NCBI GenBank assembly: GCA_054600435.1
Contig: BAAIJX010000045.1
Location: 1 to 64,000, forward strand
Direction of reading: 5' to 3'
DNA: 64,000 bases
Source: Neophaeotheca triangularis
Lineage: Eukaryota
This document shows positions 51,867 through 62,211 of the stretch, in pieces. Under the pieces are notes generated by a model. That model was not told the DNA's origin and did not search any database. It worked only from the letters and a program-made list of their open reading frames with translations. The position numbers and the translations under genes were made by a program. Numbering within the stretch: the first letter of the stretch is position 1; every line of letters begins with the position of its first letter.

Positions 51867-52692
51867 TGCGCGAGAAGGCCTGAGTGTAGTGTTGACCAAG
51901 CGGCCAGCAAACAAGACCGACTGCGTGCTTGAGGCTCGGGGATGCATTCAAAGTCACTAGCGAGATCCGCCTGCCTTCCGCGCGAAAAGTGAAAACACAT
52001 GAATCGTCTCGGCCAGGGATAGGCGACAGTATTCTTTCTACAGTCCAGCGGCCGTGTATCTCTACTTCGTAACTTCCATCGAGTGAAGTCCAGCCGTAGT
52101 TGTTGTTCAGCTTGTCAGCGCCGAATTGAGCAAAGCAATGCTAATTCTTCTCCAAGCCCTTGCCCAAGCAAAGCACGTTGATGAAAAATAGAGGTTCGCG
52201 TCAGCCAGAGATAGTGCGATACTGGCGACACGGTGACAGTGAGCATGCGCAAGCACAGGAGCTCACTACCTGATGCCAAAAATAAGAATAATCTTGAGGG
52301 TCCCGTAGGACCGTTTCAGAGATTAAACTGAAACTAAAAGAGGAAGGAGTCAGTCTCTGCATCGTGGGTCGTTCCTTCCTAAATAGGCAACTTACAGAAC
52401 AGATACTACACTTGATCTAAGCCAAAAGGCCTTGAAGAGAGTACAAGTTAGCATATAATCGAGGTGAAGTTACGGGTGGGAGTTGAACGTACAAAGAGAG
52501 CTGGAAAAGGAAAAGAGGAAGATGGAGGGAGGCGGCGGCGCGGCCGAAATTATAGTTGCGCGAGAAGGCCCGTGCGTGCCAGTGACTAAGCAGCCAACAT
52601 CAAAAGCGAGACCAACGGCGTGCCTGAGGCCTTACGGTGTGTGCGGGCGGAGGCAGACACGTGAAAGGGAAAAAAAAACGCATGAATCGTCT
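51867..52692. repeat. Two diverged direct copies of a ~140-bp block (51867-52009 and 52557-52692) flanking U2
   Basis: Shared in order: TGCGCGAGAAGGCC, TGACyAAGCrGCCArCA, AGACCrAC.GCGTGCyTGAGGC and CATGAATCGTCT. Confidence 0.85.
52192..52442 (-). ncRNA. U2: U2 spliceosomal snRNA gene containing a 62-nt spliceosomal intron (52334-52395)
   Basis: Minus strand reads GCCTTTTGGCTTAGATCAAGTGTAGTATCTGTTCT | intron | TTTCAGTTTAATCTCTGAAA. Sm site ATTTTTG at 52277-52283; 3' stem-loop IV-like CCAG-TATCGCACTATC-TCTGG. Spliced length is ~190 nt; ends are approximate. Confidence 0.95.
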
Positions 52693-52747
52693 TAGGTCTA
52701 CTAGATACTGGCGAGTATCCTAAGCCTAGCCCATGTATACACCCCCA

Positions 52748-54685
52748 TCACTCCTTCCTACCCTTCCCTGCCATCTCCTCCCTCATCTCCCGCTTCATCC
52801 TAGTAATCGTGCCTACACCACCATACATCATCGCGGTATAAACTTGACAAACACTAGCCCCGGCGTTCAGAATTTCGAGACACTGGCTGCCATTCGTGAT
52901 ACCCCCGGTTGCGAAGATGACCTTAGGCTCGGCAGCCAGGCGCGAGCTAGATGGAGAAGCCGCCGAGCTGGGCGATGATGATGATGACGGTGGTGGTGGT
53001 GTGGTTGTTGAGGGGCTCGTCGCGGTCTCTGGGGATGCGGAGGTGGAGTCGGCGGCTTCCGTGTTTTGGGCTAGTGAGGAGGAGGGGGAGAGGTTTCCGA
53101 CGGGAGAGGAGGCGGGGGAGGTTTTGGACTGGTCGGGGAGTTGCAGGAGGCTCTGGGAGTCTTGAGAATCGGAGGGATTGGATGGGTTTAGGGATTTTAG
53201 GTGCGCGGCGTCGCGGGCGGTGCTTGCTTCTGTTGGGTCGGGCTCCGAGGATGCACTTTTGGGAGATGGCTTAGTGGATTCCAGCGGTGGGATGCTCTTG
53301 GCTGCTGAGTTGGGCTGGTTTGGTGTAGAAATGTTCGATTGTTTTTTCGCTGCGGACAAAGAATCGTTGTCGATTGAGGCGGTGTCCAGTTTGTTGCGAT
53401 ACTTCTTGACGAGCTCTAGTGTCCGGCTGAACATTTGCGGGCCAGAGTAGCCGCCTGCCTCTGTAAGAAGCCTTTCCTCTTCGGCTGGCATTACGTAGCC
53501 TTTTGGAATTGGGTCTGGTCGCTTTTTGGTGGTGTTTCCGACTATCACGCCATCAACGCCGCTTGCCCAGACAGCGGAGCAGATGCCCTCCACTTGGCTC
53601 TCGCCATCTTCATCAGGCGAAACTTTGACCATGACCGCTGGCTTGTTTTTGCGATCGCACGATTTTGCTGCATTCACTACCGCCGACAAGATAGCTGTAA
53701 GAGGAGCAGTGGCCTGCAAGTCACGCAAGCCAGGTGTGTTTGGCGATGAAACATTCACGACAAGAATATCCGCGTATTTGGCTAGGGTGTCGACGCAGTA
53801 GACGTAGTCAGCAGCCACTGCGGCAAGATCGTTGTCCGGAGTTGTTTTGTTCTTTGCGACCTGCACGGCCAGCAGTTTACCGGGTACCAGACTACCCGGT
53901 GGCACGCCTTCTTCGCCGTCAAGGATGAGGCGCTCGCCTTCGGGGTCCAAGCCTAGCCCGTGCTCGTAGGCATACTCTCTCACCCGCTGCCGAAGTTGCA
54001 CAGCAACGTGATCAGCACCATCAGAATTCAAACCATAGCGATTGATGAGAGCGTTTTGGGACGGAAGACGGAACACTCGAGGCTTGGGATTGCCCTCCTG
54101 GGGTCTGGGTGTTGCGCCTCCTACTTCGACGATTGCCGGGCCGAGCGCGAAGAGAGCGTCGGGGATATCTGCATTTTTGTCTATGCCAGCAGAAGTACCA
54201 ATGGGGTTATCCAGTACATGCCCAAAGACCTCAACGTGGAGATCGCCTAGCTTAACATCTTTATCTCCCCGCTCGCGTGGATGGAGATTGAAGTCGAAAA
54301 GGCCTTTGATGTACTTGATTCCGGCATGGTGGGCACCTTCGGGGTCGGAATGCAAAAGTCGCAAGGTTGGGACGACGAACCACTGGTGAATAGAAGCTCG
54401 AGTGTCGGTAACGTAGAGGTAGGTGAAGCCAAGGGCGAGTGCTATGGCCGAGCCGTACAGAGCGTTCTTTGCCCGAGTAGCTGCTGAACGAGCCTCTTTG
54501 GCTTCGGTCGAGGCATATCTATAGGGTGTCTGGCTTTGGGGTACTCTTGATGCTGGTCTTCTGGGTGTGAGAGCGTTTGCGGAGAGTTGGCGGTGCCATT
54601 GACGCTGGAAGAGGCGAGGTGAAGTCCTGTGTAAGACGTTAATGGGCCTTAGCAGCCTTGCTGACAGTTCTTTCGTCCCTTGCAT
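52748..54685 (-). CDS. URA9: Dihydroorotate dehydrogenase (quinone), mitochondrial, class 2
   Basis: Mitochondrial presequence and TM anchor, NPIGTSAGIDKN, PQEGNPKPRVFRL, INRYGLNSDG, VNVSSPNTPGLR, KVSPD, GNTT, GGYSG, ATGGI, QVYTAMMYGG. Confidence 0.96.
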   Translation of the reverse strand: MQGTKELSARLLRPINVLHRTSPRLFQRQWHRQLSANALTPRRPASRVPQSQTPYRYASTEAKEARSAATRAKNALYGSAIALALGFTYLYVTDTRASIHQWFVVPTLRLLHSDPEGAHHAGIKYIKGLFDFNLHPRERGDKDVKLGDLHVEVFGHVLDNPIGTSAGIDKNADIPDALFALGPAIVEVGGATPRPQEGNPKPRVFRLPSQNALINRYGLNSDGADHVAVQLRQRVREYAYEHGLGLDPEGERLILDGEEGVPPGSLVPGKLLAVQVAKNKTTPDNDLAAVAADYVYCVDTLAKYADILVVNVSSPNTPGLRDLQATAPLTAILSAVVNAAKSCDRKNKPAVMVKVSPDEDGESQVEGICSAVWASGVDGVIVGNTTKKRPDPIPKGYVMPAEEERLLTEAGGYSGPQMFSRTLELVKKYRNKLDTASIDNDSLSAAKKQSNISTPNQPNSAAKSIPPLESTKPSPKSASSEPDPTEASTARDAAHLKSLNPSNPSDSQDSQSLLQLPDQSKTSPASSPVGNLSPSSSLAQNTEAADSTSASPETATSPSTTTPPPPSSSSSPSSAASPSSSRLAAEPKVIFATGGITNGSQCLEILNAGASVCQVYTAMMYGGVGTITRMKREMREEMAGKGRKE

Positions 54686-55065
54686 CCTCCTCACTGCTGC
54701 GTGCCGAAGATGGCGAGTGAGGTGAGGTCACGGTTGAGTGCCGTCGGGTGATCGGGACTTGTCGTTCGTCCGTCCCAGCCACGCGGTTGCGTCGCGGCAA
54801 CGGGCCGATGCCACGCGCTTTCCAGGTTTGGACAACCCTTTTAGATTAATTTCGTCATGGAGCAGCTCGAGCGCGTCTCCCGTCTGGCTGAAAGCTCCCG
54901 AGGTCAAGATTGCGACTAAGACATCCTTCTGTTGACTCTCCCCTTCCTGCAGTTTGTCTCACGTTGGTACGAAATGCCAGACTACACACCATCAACGATA
55001 CATTCTACTGCTGGACACGACAAGACGATAACTACTTCCCCATAGCGTCCACCTCGACGAGCAAA

Positions 55066-55780
55066 ATGCCACCGTCCAAGTCGCGTCCAGACCCTGACTC
55101 GAGGTCTGATGCCTCGAGTGTCAAGGAGAGACAAGCTCTCGCCGCAGCACATGCGAGGAAGAGCAAGGCAAACAACAGTGCGGCGTCGTCAGCAGCAGCG
55201 AATGCGAGTGCGCCCAATAACGGTGGAAGTAATCTGAAAGAGCTCGCTTTGGTAGCTACGGCAGATGGGGGCGTTGCAGGGGGTGCAATGAGCGCAGGAG
55301 TAAGCTTCCCACCTGTACAGATACCATAACATAGTCATAGTCGATGAAACTGACACTTTGGTTTCCAAGATGCACTGGGACACAGCCTCGCCCGAACTCC
55401 TCAACAACTACAGAGTTGCCCACTCCTTACAAGCACCCGCGGCCTTCACCTCGCCTTTGAACCAAGCTCGACTCACGATCCCTGGAATCGGCAGGCAAAG
55501 CCCAACAATGGCACGACGAAAGGACAAGAGACGCATAAGTAAAGACCAGCTCGCGCTAGCAGTGAGGAAGAACTTTAACAGCGCAGCGGTGAATGAGATT
55601 GATGTCGTGGTAGATTTGGTGTACAAAGTTCGGAATCAAGGTGAGTGGCTCAAATGCAGACGACAAGGGGCATTCATTGCAGTTTAATGCTTGTGGTGAG
55701 CTCGATGTTGACAAGCGAATACAGACAAGGCGTTTAGAATGCGCTCCGCACCGACTGGATCCGGAATTGCGAAGAAGTAG
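55066..55780 (+). CDS. SAP30: Sin3/HDAC-associated SAP30-family protein, 3 exons
   Basis: Sin3-binding-domain-like SKDQLALAVRKNFNSAAVNEIDVVVDLVYKVRNQ|DKAFRMR. Introns at ~55300-55369 and ~55641-55724. Confidence 0.8.
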
Positions 55781-56447
55781 TATTCTCGTCCACCACCACG
55801 CTATTGCGATGGATGATAGCGGATTGCTCGCTTTCGGCCGTTTTGCTTTACGAAGCCGGTCGCGCTCTTGCATACACGACGAACCTTGGCATAATGTACA
55901 GCATCTTCGATACCCCTTGACGCATTGTTACTCGACATGAAACCGACATTCGCTATGAAATTGGACTTGGGTCAGGGATGGGTGTTGGATCGTTGGATCG
56001 AACAGCGCATTCTGGTCTTTCGACATGGAGTTGGATGGTGTTTTTAGTAGGAGAAAGGGATCCTATGTATGCAAAGCTTGCACAGTGGATAGATTCTAAT
56101 CCTCACAAGTATGTTGACTCGCCGAGCCTGTCAACTAGAGTTCGCAATGTCCCGCCATCGTACTCGTAGGAATTCTTGTGAATGTCGACATCTGCATGTT
56201 TGATTCCAAGGTTGTCCACGGCCGTCTTTCTGAGACCCCCTTTCGTCTGGACATCCATCTCGAATATTCTCCCGCAAGCCGAGCTTTGACCGGATGACGA
56301 TCCGTAAAAAGTATTGTCACTTCCGCGGCAAACTTCACAGATTCACTGGGTATTCCCTTTCCAACACATTGATCGCATACTCGCTGTACCAATACCAACA
56401 AACATCACCTCCATCCTTTAAAAAAGAAAACACTACATGCTCCCACG

Positions 56448-58148
56448 ATGAGCCTCGCTTCGCCAGCGGTCCTGCCCAAAGCCGCAACGCCCTTACGCCT
56501 TCTCGCAGCAAGCCGGCCATCATGCCCGCAACAACGACACCACGACCGTCATCATCGCCAATACCACACACGCCCCTCGATACACTCGCAAAAACCCGCA
56601 GACGCTAGCAGATCAAATCAACAACGCCGCGGTTTCCACGCCTCCACCCCGAGTTTTGCGACCAAGGACCCTTACAATGTCCTTGGCGTTTCCAAAGGCG
56701 CATCGTCTGGCGAGATCAAAAAGGCTTACTATGGCCTAGCGAAAAAGTATCATCCCGACACCAACAAAGACCCTCAGGCCAAGGAGACCTTTTCCGACGC
56801 CCAGTCCGCTTACGAGCTGCTCTCTGATCCTAAGAAGAAGGAGACTTACGATAAGTATGGCGCTGCGGCTTTCGACCAGGGCGGAGGCTTTGATCCGTCC
56901 GGAGGCGCGGGAGCGGGCGGTGGGTTTGGCGGTGGAAGCCCGTTTGGAGGAGGGTTTGGCGGTGGGTTTGGAGGCAGCCAGGGCTTTGGCGCCGACTTCA
57001 ACTTTGAGGACCTGTTCTCGGCTTTTGGCGGAGGATCCGCGAGGAGAGGGCGAGGAGGCCGGGGCGGTGGCAGCCCATTCCAGGAGGAGGTGTTGGTCGG
57101 TGAGAACATCGAAGTGCAGACAAACATTTCGTTTATGGATGCTGCAAAGGGCGTGCAGAAGGATATCACCATCACTCCACTGGTTCAGTGCAAGACTTGT
57201 TCTGGAAACGGGCTGAAGAAGGGCAGTTCGAAGAGTAAGTGCAAGACTTGTGATGGATCGGGGACGAGGGTGCATTTCATGCAGGGAGGCTTCCAGATGG
57301 CTTCGACGTGCGGCTCGTGCGGCGGACAGGGTGTCCAGACGCCCAAGGGCAGCGAGTGCAACACCTGTCGCGGCAACGGCGCAGTTCGCGAGAAACGTAC
57401 CGTGACTGTGGACATCCCCGGCGGTGTGGAAGACGGCATGCGCCTGCGTGTCATGGACGAGGGCGACCACCCTCCTTCCGGCCAAGCAGCCAACAGCTCC
57501 GCCAGGTCGACGAAGGGAGACCTCTACGTTTTCATCCGCGTAGCACAGGACTCTAAATTCTCACGCAACGGCAGCGACGTCCTCTACACTGCTTCGATCC
57601 CCTTGACGACCGCTGTGCTCGGTGGAGAAATCAGCGTGCCGACTCTGGACTCCGAAGTCAAGGTCAAGGTCGCAACAGGCACTAACACGGGCGACAAAAT
57701 CACTCTTAGCGGAATGGGTATGAAACGCATCACCAACCGCTCGCGGACCTCCAACGGCGACCTGCGCGTCGAGTTCAAGGTCGCAATGCCCAAATACCTA
57801 TCCGCGAACCAGCGCACCATCATCGAAATGCTAGCGGACGAGATGGGCGACAAGACCGCCAAGCGAATCATGAACCTCAACTCCTTCAAAGACGACGGCA
57901 AGTCGCCTTCAGGCGGTAAGGGCGGTTCTGGAAGCGCGGCCAGTGGCAATAGCGCCGCTCAGGACCCGGCTGAGAGTGGCAATGCCGAAGATCACAAGAA
58001 CGAGGGCTTCTTCAAGCACGCTTGGCACACTTTCACCGGCCAGCACGAGCACGCGAACGAGACGGAACAAACCGGCGACCGCAACGAGGGCCAGAAGAAG
58101 CAGAACGACGACGAGTCGCCCAAGAAGAGCGCCGGCGGTTCTGGGTAG
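56448..58148 (+). CDS. MDJ1: Mitochondrial type-I DnaJ chaperone
   Basis: Presequence ending RRGFHAST, J domain with HPD, G/F-rich region, four CxxCxGxG repeats and DnaJ C-terminal domain. Confidence 0.95.
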   Translation: MSLASPAVLPKAATPLRLLAASRPSCPQQRHHDRHHRQYHTRPSIHSQKPADASRSNQQRRGFHASTPSFATKDPYNVLGVSKGASSGEIKKAYYGLAKKYHPDTNKDPQAKETFSDAQSAYELLSDPKKKETYDKYGAAAFDQGGGFDPSGGAGAGGGFGGGSPFGGGFGGGFGGSQGFGADFNFEDLFSAFGGGSARRGRGGRGGGSPFQEEVLVGENIEVQTNISFMDAAKGVQKDITITPLVQCKTCSGNGLKKGSSKSKCKTCDGSGTRVHFMQGGFQMASTCGSCGGQGVQTPKGSECNTCRGNGAVREKRTVTVDIPGGVEDGMRLRVMDEGDHPPSGQAANSSARSTKGDLYVFIRVAQDSKFSRNGSDVLYTASIPLTTAVLGGEISVPTLDSEVKVKVATGTNTGDKITLSGMGMKRITNRSRTSNGDLRVEFKVAMPKYLSANQRTIIEMLADEMGDKTAKRIMNLNSFKDDGKSPSGGKGGSGSAASGNSAAQDPAESGNAEDHKNEGFFKHAWHTFTGQHEHANETEQTGDRNEGQKKQNDDESPKKSAGGSG

Positions 58149-59125
58149 ACTGAAGGAGGGGTATACCAGGCCTTGCGAGTGTACTGATATGGAATCTCTG
58201 CTTTTAGCGATCTGCTTGCATCTTCCGGAGTTTTGGGCTGTCTTAACTACCCCCAAAGAACTTGTCTCTTGCTCAGCCACTCCATATAATGCAGGGATGT
58301 GTAGGGGAAGAGGTGCATGGATCTTTGTACAGAATATAGAAGACCCTCGGGGCAGGGGAGCTGGATGTATAGTACTACTCTGCTTACTGTTGATTGTTTT
58401 GATATCGGGTAGTAGTTGCTCGGGTCAGATCTTCTCGACTCTTCACCGACTTTGCTTTCCTCGTAACTTTTGCCCACAACAAGAACTTTGCAAGGGGCCC
58501 TCTAGTACCTACGACTGTGTGACTTCAGGCTCCCACGACAGCGGCGAAGAACATGCGGCTTGAAGAAGCGGCAAAACCCAAGCTCCGATTAGAACAAGAA
58601 TCTGCCGTCTTCTTGAACAAGCACCGGTGCGATACCCGAGTCTAGTCGAGCTTTCTCCCGATTTCCGCTTCGGACAAGCAAAAGCCGAGAGCCGACCATG
58701 CTGCATGCTGGCAATAATTTGGCAAAGCTCTACCACCTGCAATTTTGATGGGGCGGCAGATGCCCGGCCCCATTGAAGTGGGAGAGTCACGAGAGTGAAT
58801 ATAATTTTCCCGCAAGAGCTTTTAGTGCATCTTCACCCGTGCACGAATCATGCAGTACCTGATGGTGTACCTACCTTACCTCCTTCTCTCCACCGCTCGA
58901 CATGGCTTCCATGGCCCCCCTGTTCGTGTTGGAAGTATCGAAAGCTACGGACGTGGCTTGTGCGAAGCCCGGAAATGGGATCGGTATGTAGGCCGGAAAC
59001 GTAACTTGTACATGATGACGTTCACCTCAGACTCCAGAGGACGTTGAACCCGGCCTGGAGATGGAGCTTTGCAACTACTAACTCCACCATCTCCACCAGC
59101 CAGAATCATAAGTGCGGGGGATCCT

Positions 59126-59181
59126 AATCACTCTCCCACCTGTGAGAAGGAGGAGACCCAATCAGCAGTGGGAGAGTGATT
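59126..59181. promoter_or_regulatory. Perfect 14-bp inverted repeat upstream of GH42
   Basis: AATCACTCTCCCAC (59126-59139) and GTGGGAGAGTGATT (59168-59181) with a 28-nt spacer. A regulatory role is inferred from position only. Confidence 0.6.
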
Positions 59182-59443
59182 GGAATTTCCCCACAAGTGC
59201 CTGCGAGAAGTCCACCGTGACGGTACCGTGCGCTGCCCTCGGGGTCTTCATCGTTTTCAACCCGGAGCAGCCAGGCGCTCATTGATCAGACCACCGGAGA
59301 GCTTCATGAGATGACGAAGTGCGGACGATCGCACACCAATAGCTACGGGTCTTTTAAAGTATGATATAAGTCACGTCTGTCTTGCTTCACTTTAGTTGCG
59401 ATACGTCTGAAGCTCAGTTCAACAACTCCGACCTCAACCAATC

Positions 59444-61663
59444 ATGCCATCATTCCTCAAGTGGTCATTATTTGCTGGGCTCGTCAACGCCGCTGCGGTC
59501 CAGCAAACACGGCGAGATGAGATTGACCTCGCCTCGTACATTCCGAACCCAGACGCCAGTCGCTGGCCTGCTGGTCTACACCTTGCTACCGAGTGGTATC
59601 CGTCCCAATGGCCCGAGTCCATGTGGGAGAGCGACGTAGCTGCCATGCGCGATGCCAACCTCACCTATGTGCGCGTCAACGAGTTCGACTGGACAATTCT
59701 TGAGCCAACAGAGGGTCAGTATAACTTTACCCTGCTCGACCGCTCCGTTGAGCTTCTGTCTCAGTACGGGCTCAAAATCATCATTGGCACCCCGACCGCC
59801 ACGCCGCCGAACTGGGTTTTTGAAAACTACAACATCAACTTTGTCGATCATCGTAACCAGACGCTGCTGTTTGGTTCGCGCCGAGCCTACAGCTTCTCTT
59901 CGTTCGACTACCGTATTCAGAGCCAGAGGATCACGAAAGCGCTTGCGGAGAGGTACGGCGACCACCCCGATGTCGTTGCATGGCAGTTGGACAATGAGTT
60001 TGGTTGTCACGATACAGTTCGCAGCTACGACCAAGACGCCATCACCAGGTTCCGATCATGGCTCCAAGACAAGTACGGCACCATCGAGGCCTTGAACGAG
60101 GCTCAAGGCCGCGTTTTCTGGTCTAATCAGTTCGTCGACTTTGAAGCCATCCTTCCCCCTTACTTGGAGGTGTACACTTTCAACCAGGCTCACACTCTGG
60201 ATTGGTACCGATTCAGCTCCGATATGGTCATTGAGTTTGCCAAGGAGCAGACCGCCATTATCAGGCAGTACGCTCCCAGCCAGGCGATAACGACCAATTT
60301 TATGGTTCTCTTCATGCTCTTCGATCACTACAAGTTTAATCGTGAGGTCGGCCTTGACTTTGCTACTTATGATCAATATGCTCTCGCGGGGCTTGGTGCT
60401 GTCTCCGACGTCAGCGATCAACAGATGCAAGAGTACCTTCGCACGGGTCTTCCCGACCTCCAGATGTTCAACCAGGATCAGTACCGCGGTGTAGCTGGTG
60501 CGGCTTACGGCAGCAACGAGGGACCGCACGGTGTCATGGAGATGCAGCCCGGTGTTCTCAACTGGAACGAGTACAGAGTCTCTCCCGCCGAAGGCATGGT
60601 TCGCCTATGGACGTTGGAGACGTACGCAGCCAAGGGTGACATGGTCAATTACTTCCGCTGGCGCCAGCCTCCGTTCGCGCAAGAGCAAACCCTTTCCGCA
60701 CTCCACACTTCGGACAACGCGCCGGACTTTGGCTTCATCGAGTCACAAGTGGTCGCACAAGAAGACCTGCCACCGCTACGGGAGGCAATGGGCAACAACA
60801 GCGGCTGTGCTGACGTCGCTCTAATTTTCGACTACACCGCTGACTGGGTCTTCGGCATCGAGCCCTACAGCGGCAGCTGGTCCACCTATGATGCTGGCTA
60901 TACCGACGCCGTCATAGCCTACACCGACCTCGTCTACAACTTCTACTCGGCGCTCCGCCGTCTCGGTATCACCGTCGACGTCATCTCGGCCGAGACCTCA
61001 ATCCAAGATTATAAGATGGTCGTCGTGCCAAGCCTTCCCGTCATCCCAGACACTTTCAACAACAACCTGGCCGACTTCAACGGGCCCGTAGTCTTCGGAC
61101 CACACACGGGCTCCAAGACAACCAACTTCGAAATCGTCCCCGGCCTCAACCCAGCCGCCGGCACACTCCGCGACCGCCTCCCCATGCGCGTCACTCGCGT
61201 AGAGACCCCCCCTGACTACGCCAACAGCGGCATCGTCTACGGCGGCGCCAACTACAGCATCGCCGACTGGGAAGAAACAATCTACTGCACGCGGGCCAAC
61301 GCTTCCAGCGAAGCAACCGTAACCTCGACATCCAGTCACCGCCGCGGCCAAGCCGCTGCTTGCGCCAACGACGGCTTGCACTACCTCGCTTTCAAGACAC
61401 CCATCGAGTTCCTCGTCGCTTACCTTGGTGATGTCGCTGCCGAAGCCGGGGTGCGGGATGCCCTTGGACGCACTGCGGACAAGGCGAGCGATCTCGGTGA
61501 GTCATTGCGCATGACACGCCACGGGAACTTGCTTTGGGCTTTCAACTATGGCGCCGAGGCGCAGAGCATGCCGCAGGCTGTTGAGGGGCAGCTGATTGTG
61601 GGCCAAGATGGCAATGGGCGAGAGGTGCCCTCCTACGGCGTCAAGGTTTGGGATGTTAGGTAA
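59444..61663 (+). CDS. Secreted glycoside hydrolase family 42 beta-galactosidase, intronless
   Basis: Signal peptide MPSFLKWSLFAGLVNA, WYPSQWP, VRVNEFDW..LEP..GQYNF, IGTPTATPPNW, acid/base WQLDNEFGCH, nucleophile VMEMQPG, YFRWRQ..AQEQ. Confidence 0.92.
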   Translation: MPSFLKWSLFAGLVNAAAVQQTRRDEIDLASYIPNPDASRWPAGLHLATEWYPSQWPESMWESDVAAMRDANLTYVRVNEFDWTILEPTEGQYNFTLLDRSVELLSQYGLKIIIGTPTATPPNWVFENYNINFVDHRNQTLLFGSRRAYSFSSFDYRIQSQRITKALAERYGDHPDVVAWQLDNEFGCHDTVRSYDQDAITRFRSWLQDKYGTIEALNEAQGRVFWSNQFVDFEAILPPYLEVYTFNQAHTLDWYRFSSDMVIEFAKEQTAIIRQYAPSQAITTNFMVLFMLFDHYKFNREVGLDFATYDQYALAGLGAVSDVSDQQMQEYLRTGLPDLQMFNQDQYRGVAGAAYGSNEGPHGVMEMQPGVLNWNEYRVSPAEGMVRLWTLETYAAKGDMVNYFRWRQPPFAQEQTLSALHTSDNAPDFGFIESQVVAQEDLPPLREAMGNNSGCADVALIFDYTADWVFGIEPYSGSWSTYDAGYTDAVIAYTDLVYNFYSALRRLGITVDVISAETSIQDYKMVVVPSLPVIPDTFNNNLADFNGPVVFGPHTGSKTTNFEIVPGLNPAAGTLRDRLPMRVTRVETPPDYANSGIVYGGANYSIADWEETIYCTRANASSEATVTSTSSHRRGQAAACANDGLHYLAFKTPIEFLVAYLGDVAAEAGVRDALGRTADKASDLGESLRMTRHGNLLWAFNYGAEAQSMPQAVEGQLIVGQDGNGREVPSYGVKVWDVR

Positions 61664-62211
61664 CTGTAATTATGGCTGGAAGTGGCTGCGGAAATATATA
61701 TATACTGGTGTACGAGTGTCAAGTCGTCCTCAATATCACGGAAAAGGGACAAGTGTCGTATGGCTTGGGACGTGGATATATCAGCCAGGGCTTGAAAGAG
61801 ACGCATGCTTTGCTGCAGCCTCGCGAGCCTCTATTTTTTGTGTCCGGCATACATGCGAGACATCACATCTCAACTCATGCTCGGGTTGCCAACTGGGGAA
61901 GCTTGAGGGTACCTTTAGAGCTGAATAAAGACGAGCATCGAGAAGGGTTCAGAATCCCCGCTTTAATGGCAGACTTTTAGTAGGGGATGATTCGCCGATG
62001 GAAGATCTTCCGAGGTGCTTTCATCATTCAATTGCCGACGACGAAGTTTAAGCTTTGGTTCCCGACGATGCTGGCAGTGGAGTAGCCGCGAACAGCCTCC
62101 TGCACGGTCAAAGTTCCATCTTCTCAGGAGCTATAGCAAACGCTTTGTACAATGTCTACACAACCCAACGCTGCCCCATTGTCTAATCGTGGCTACATCC
62201 AGAGAACGCTC

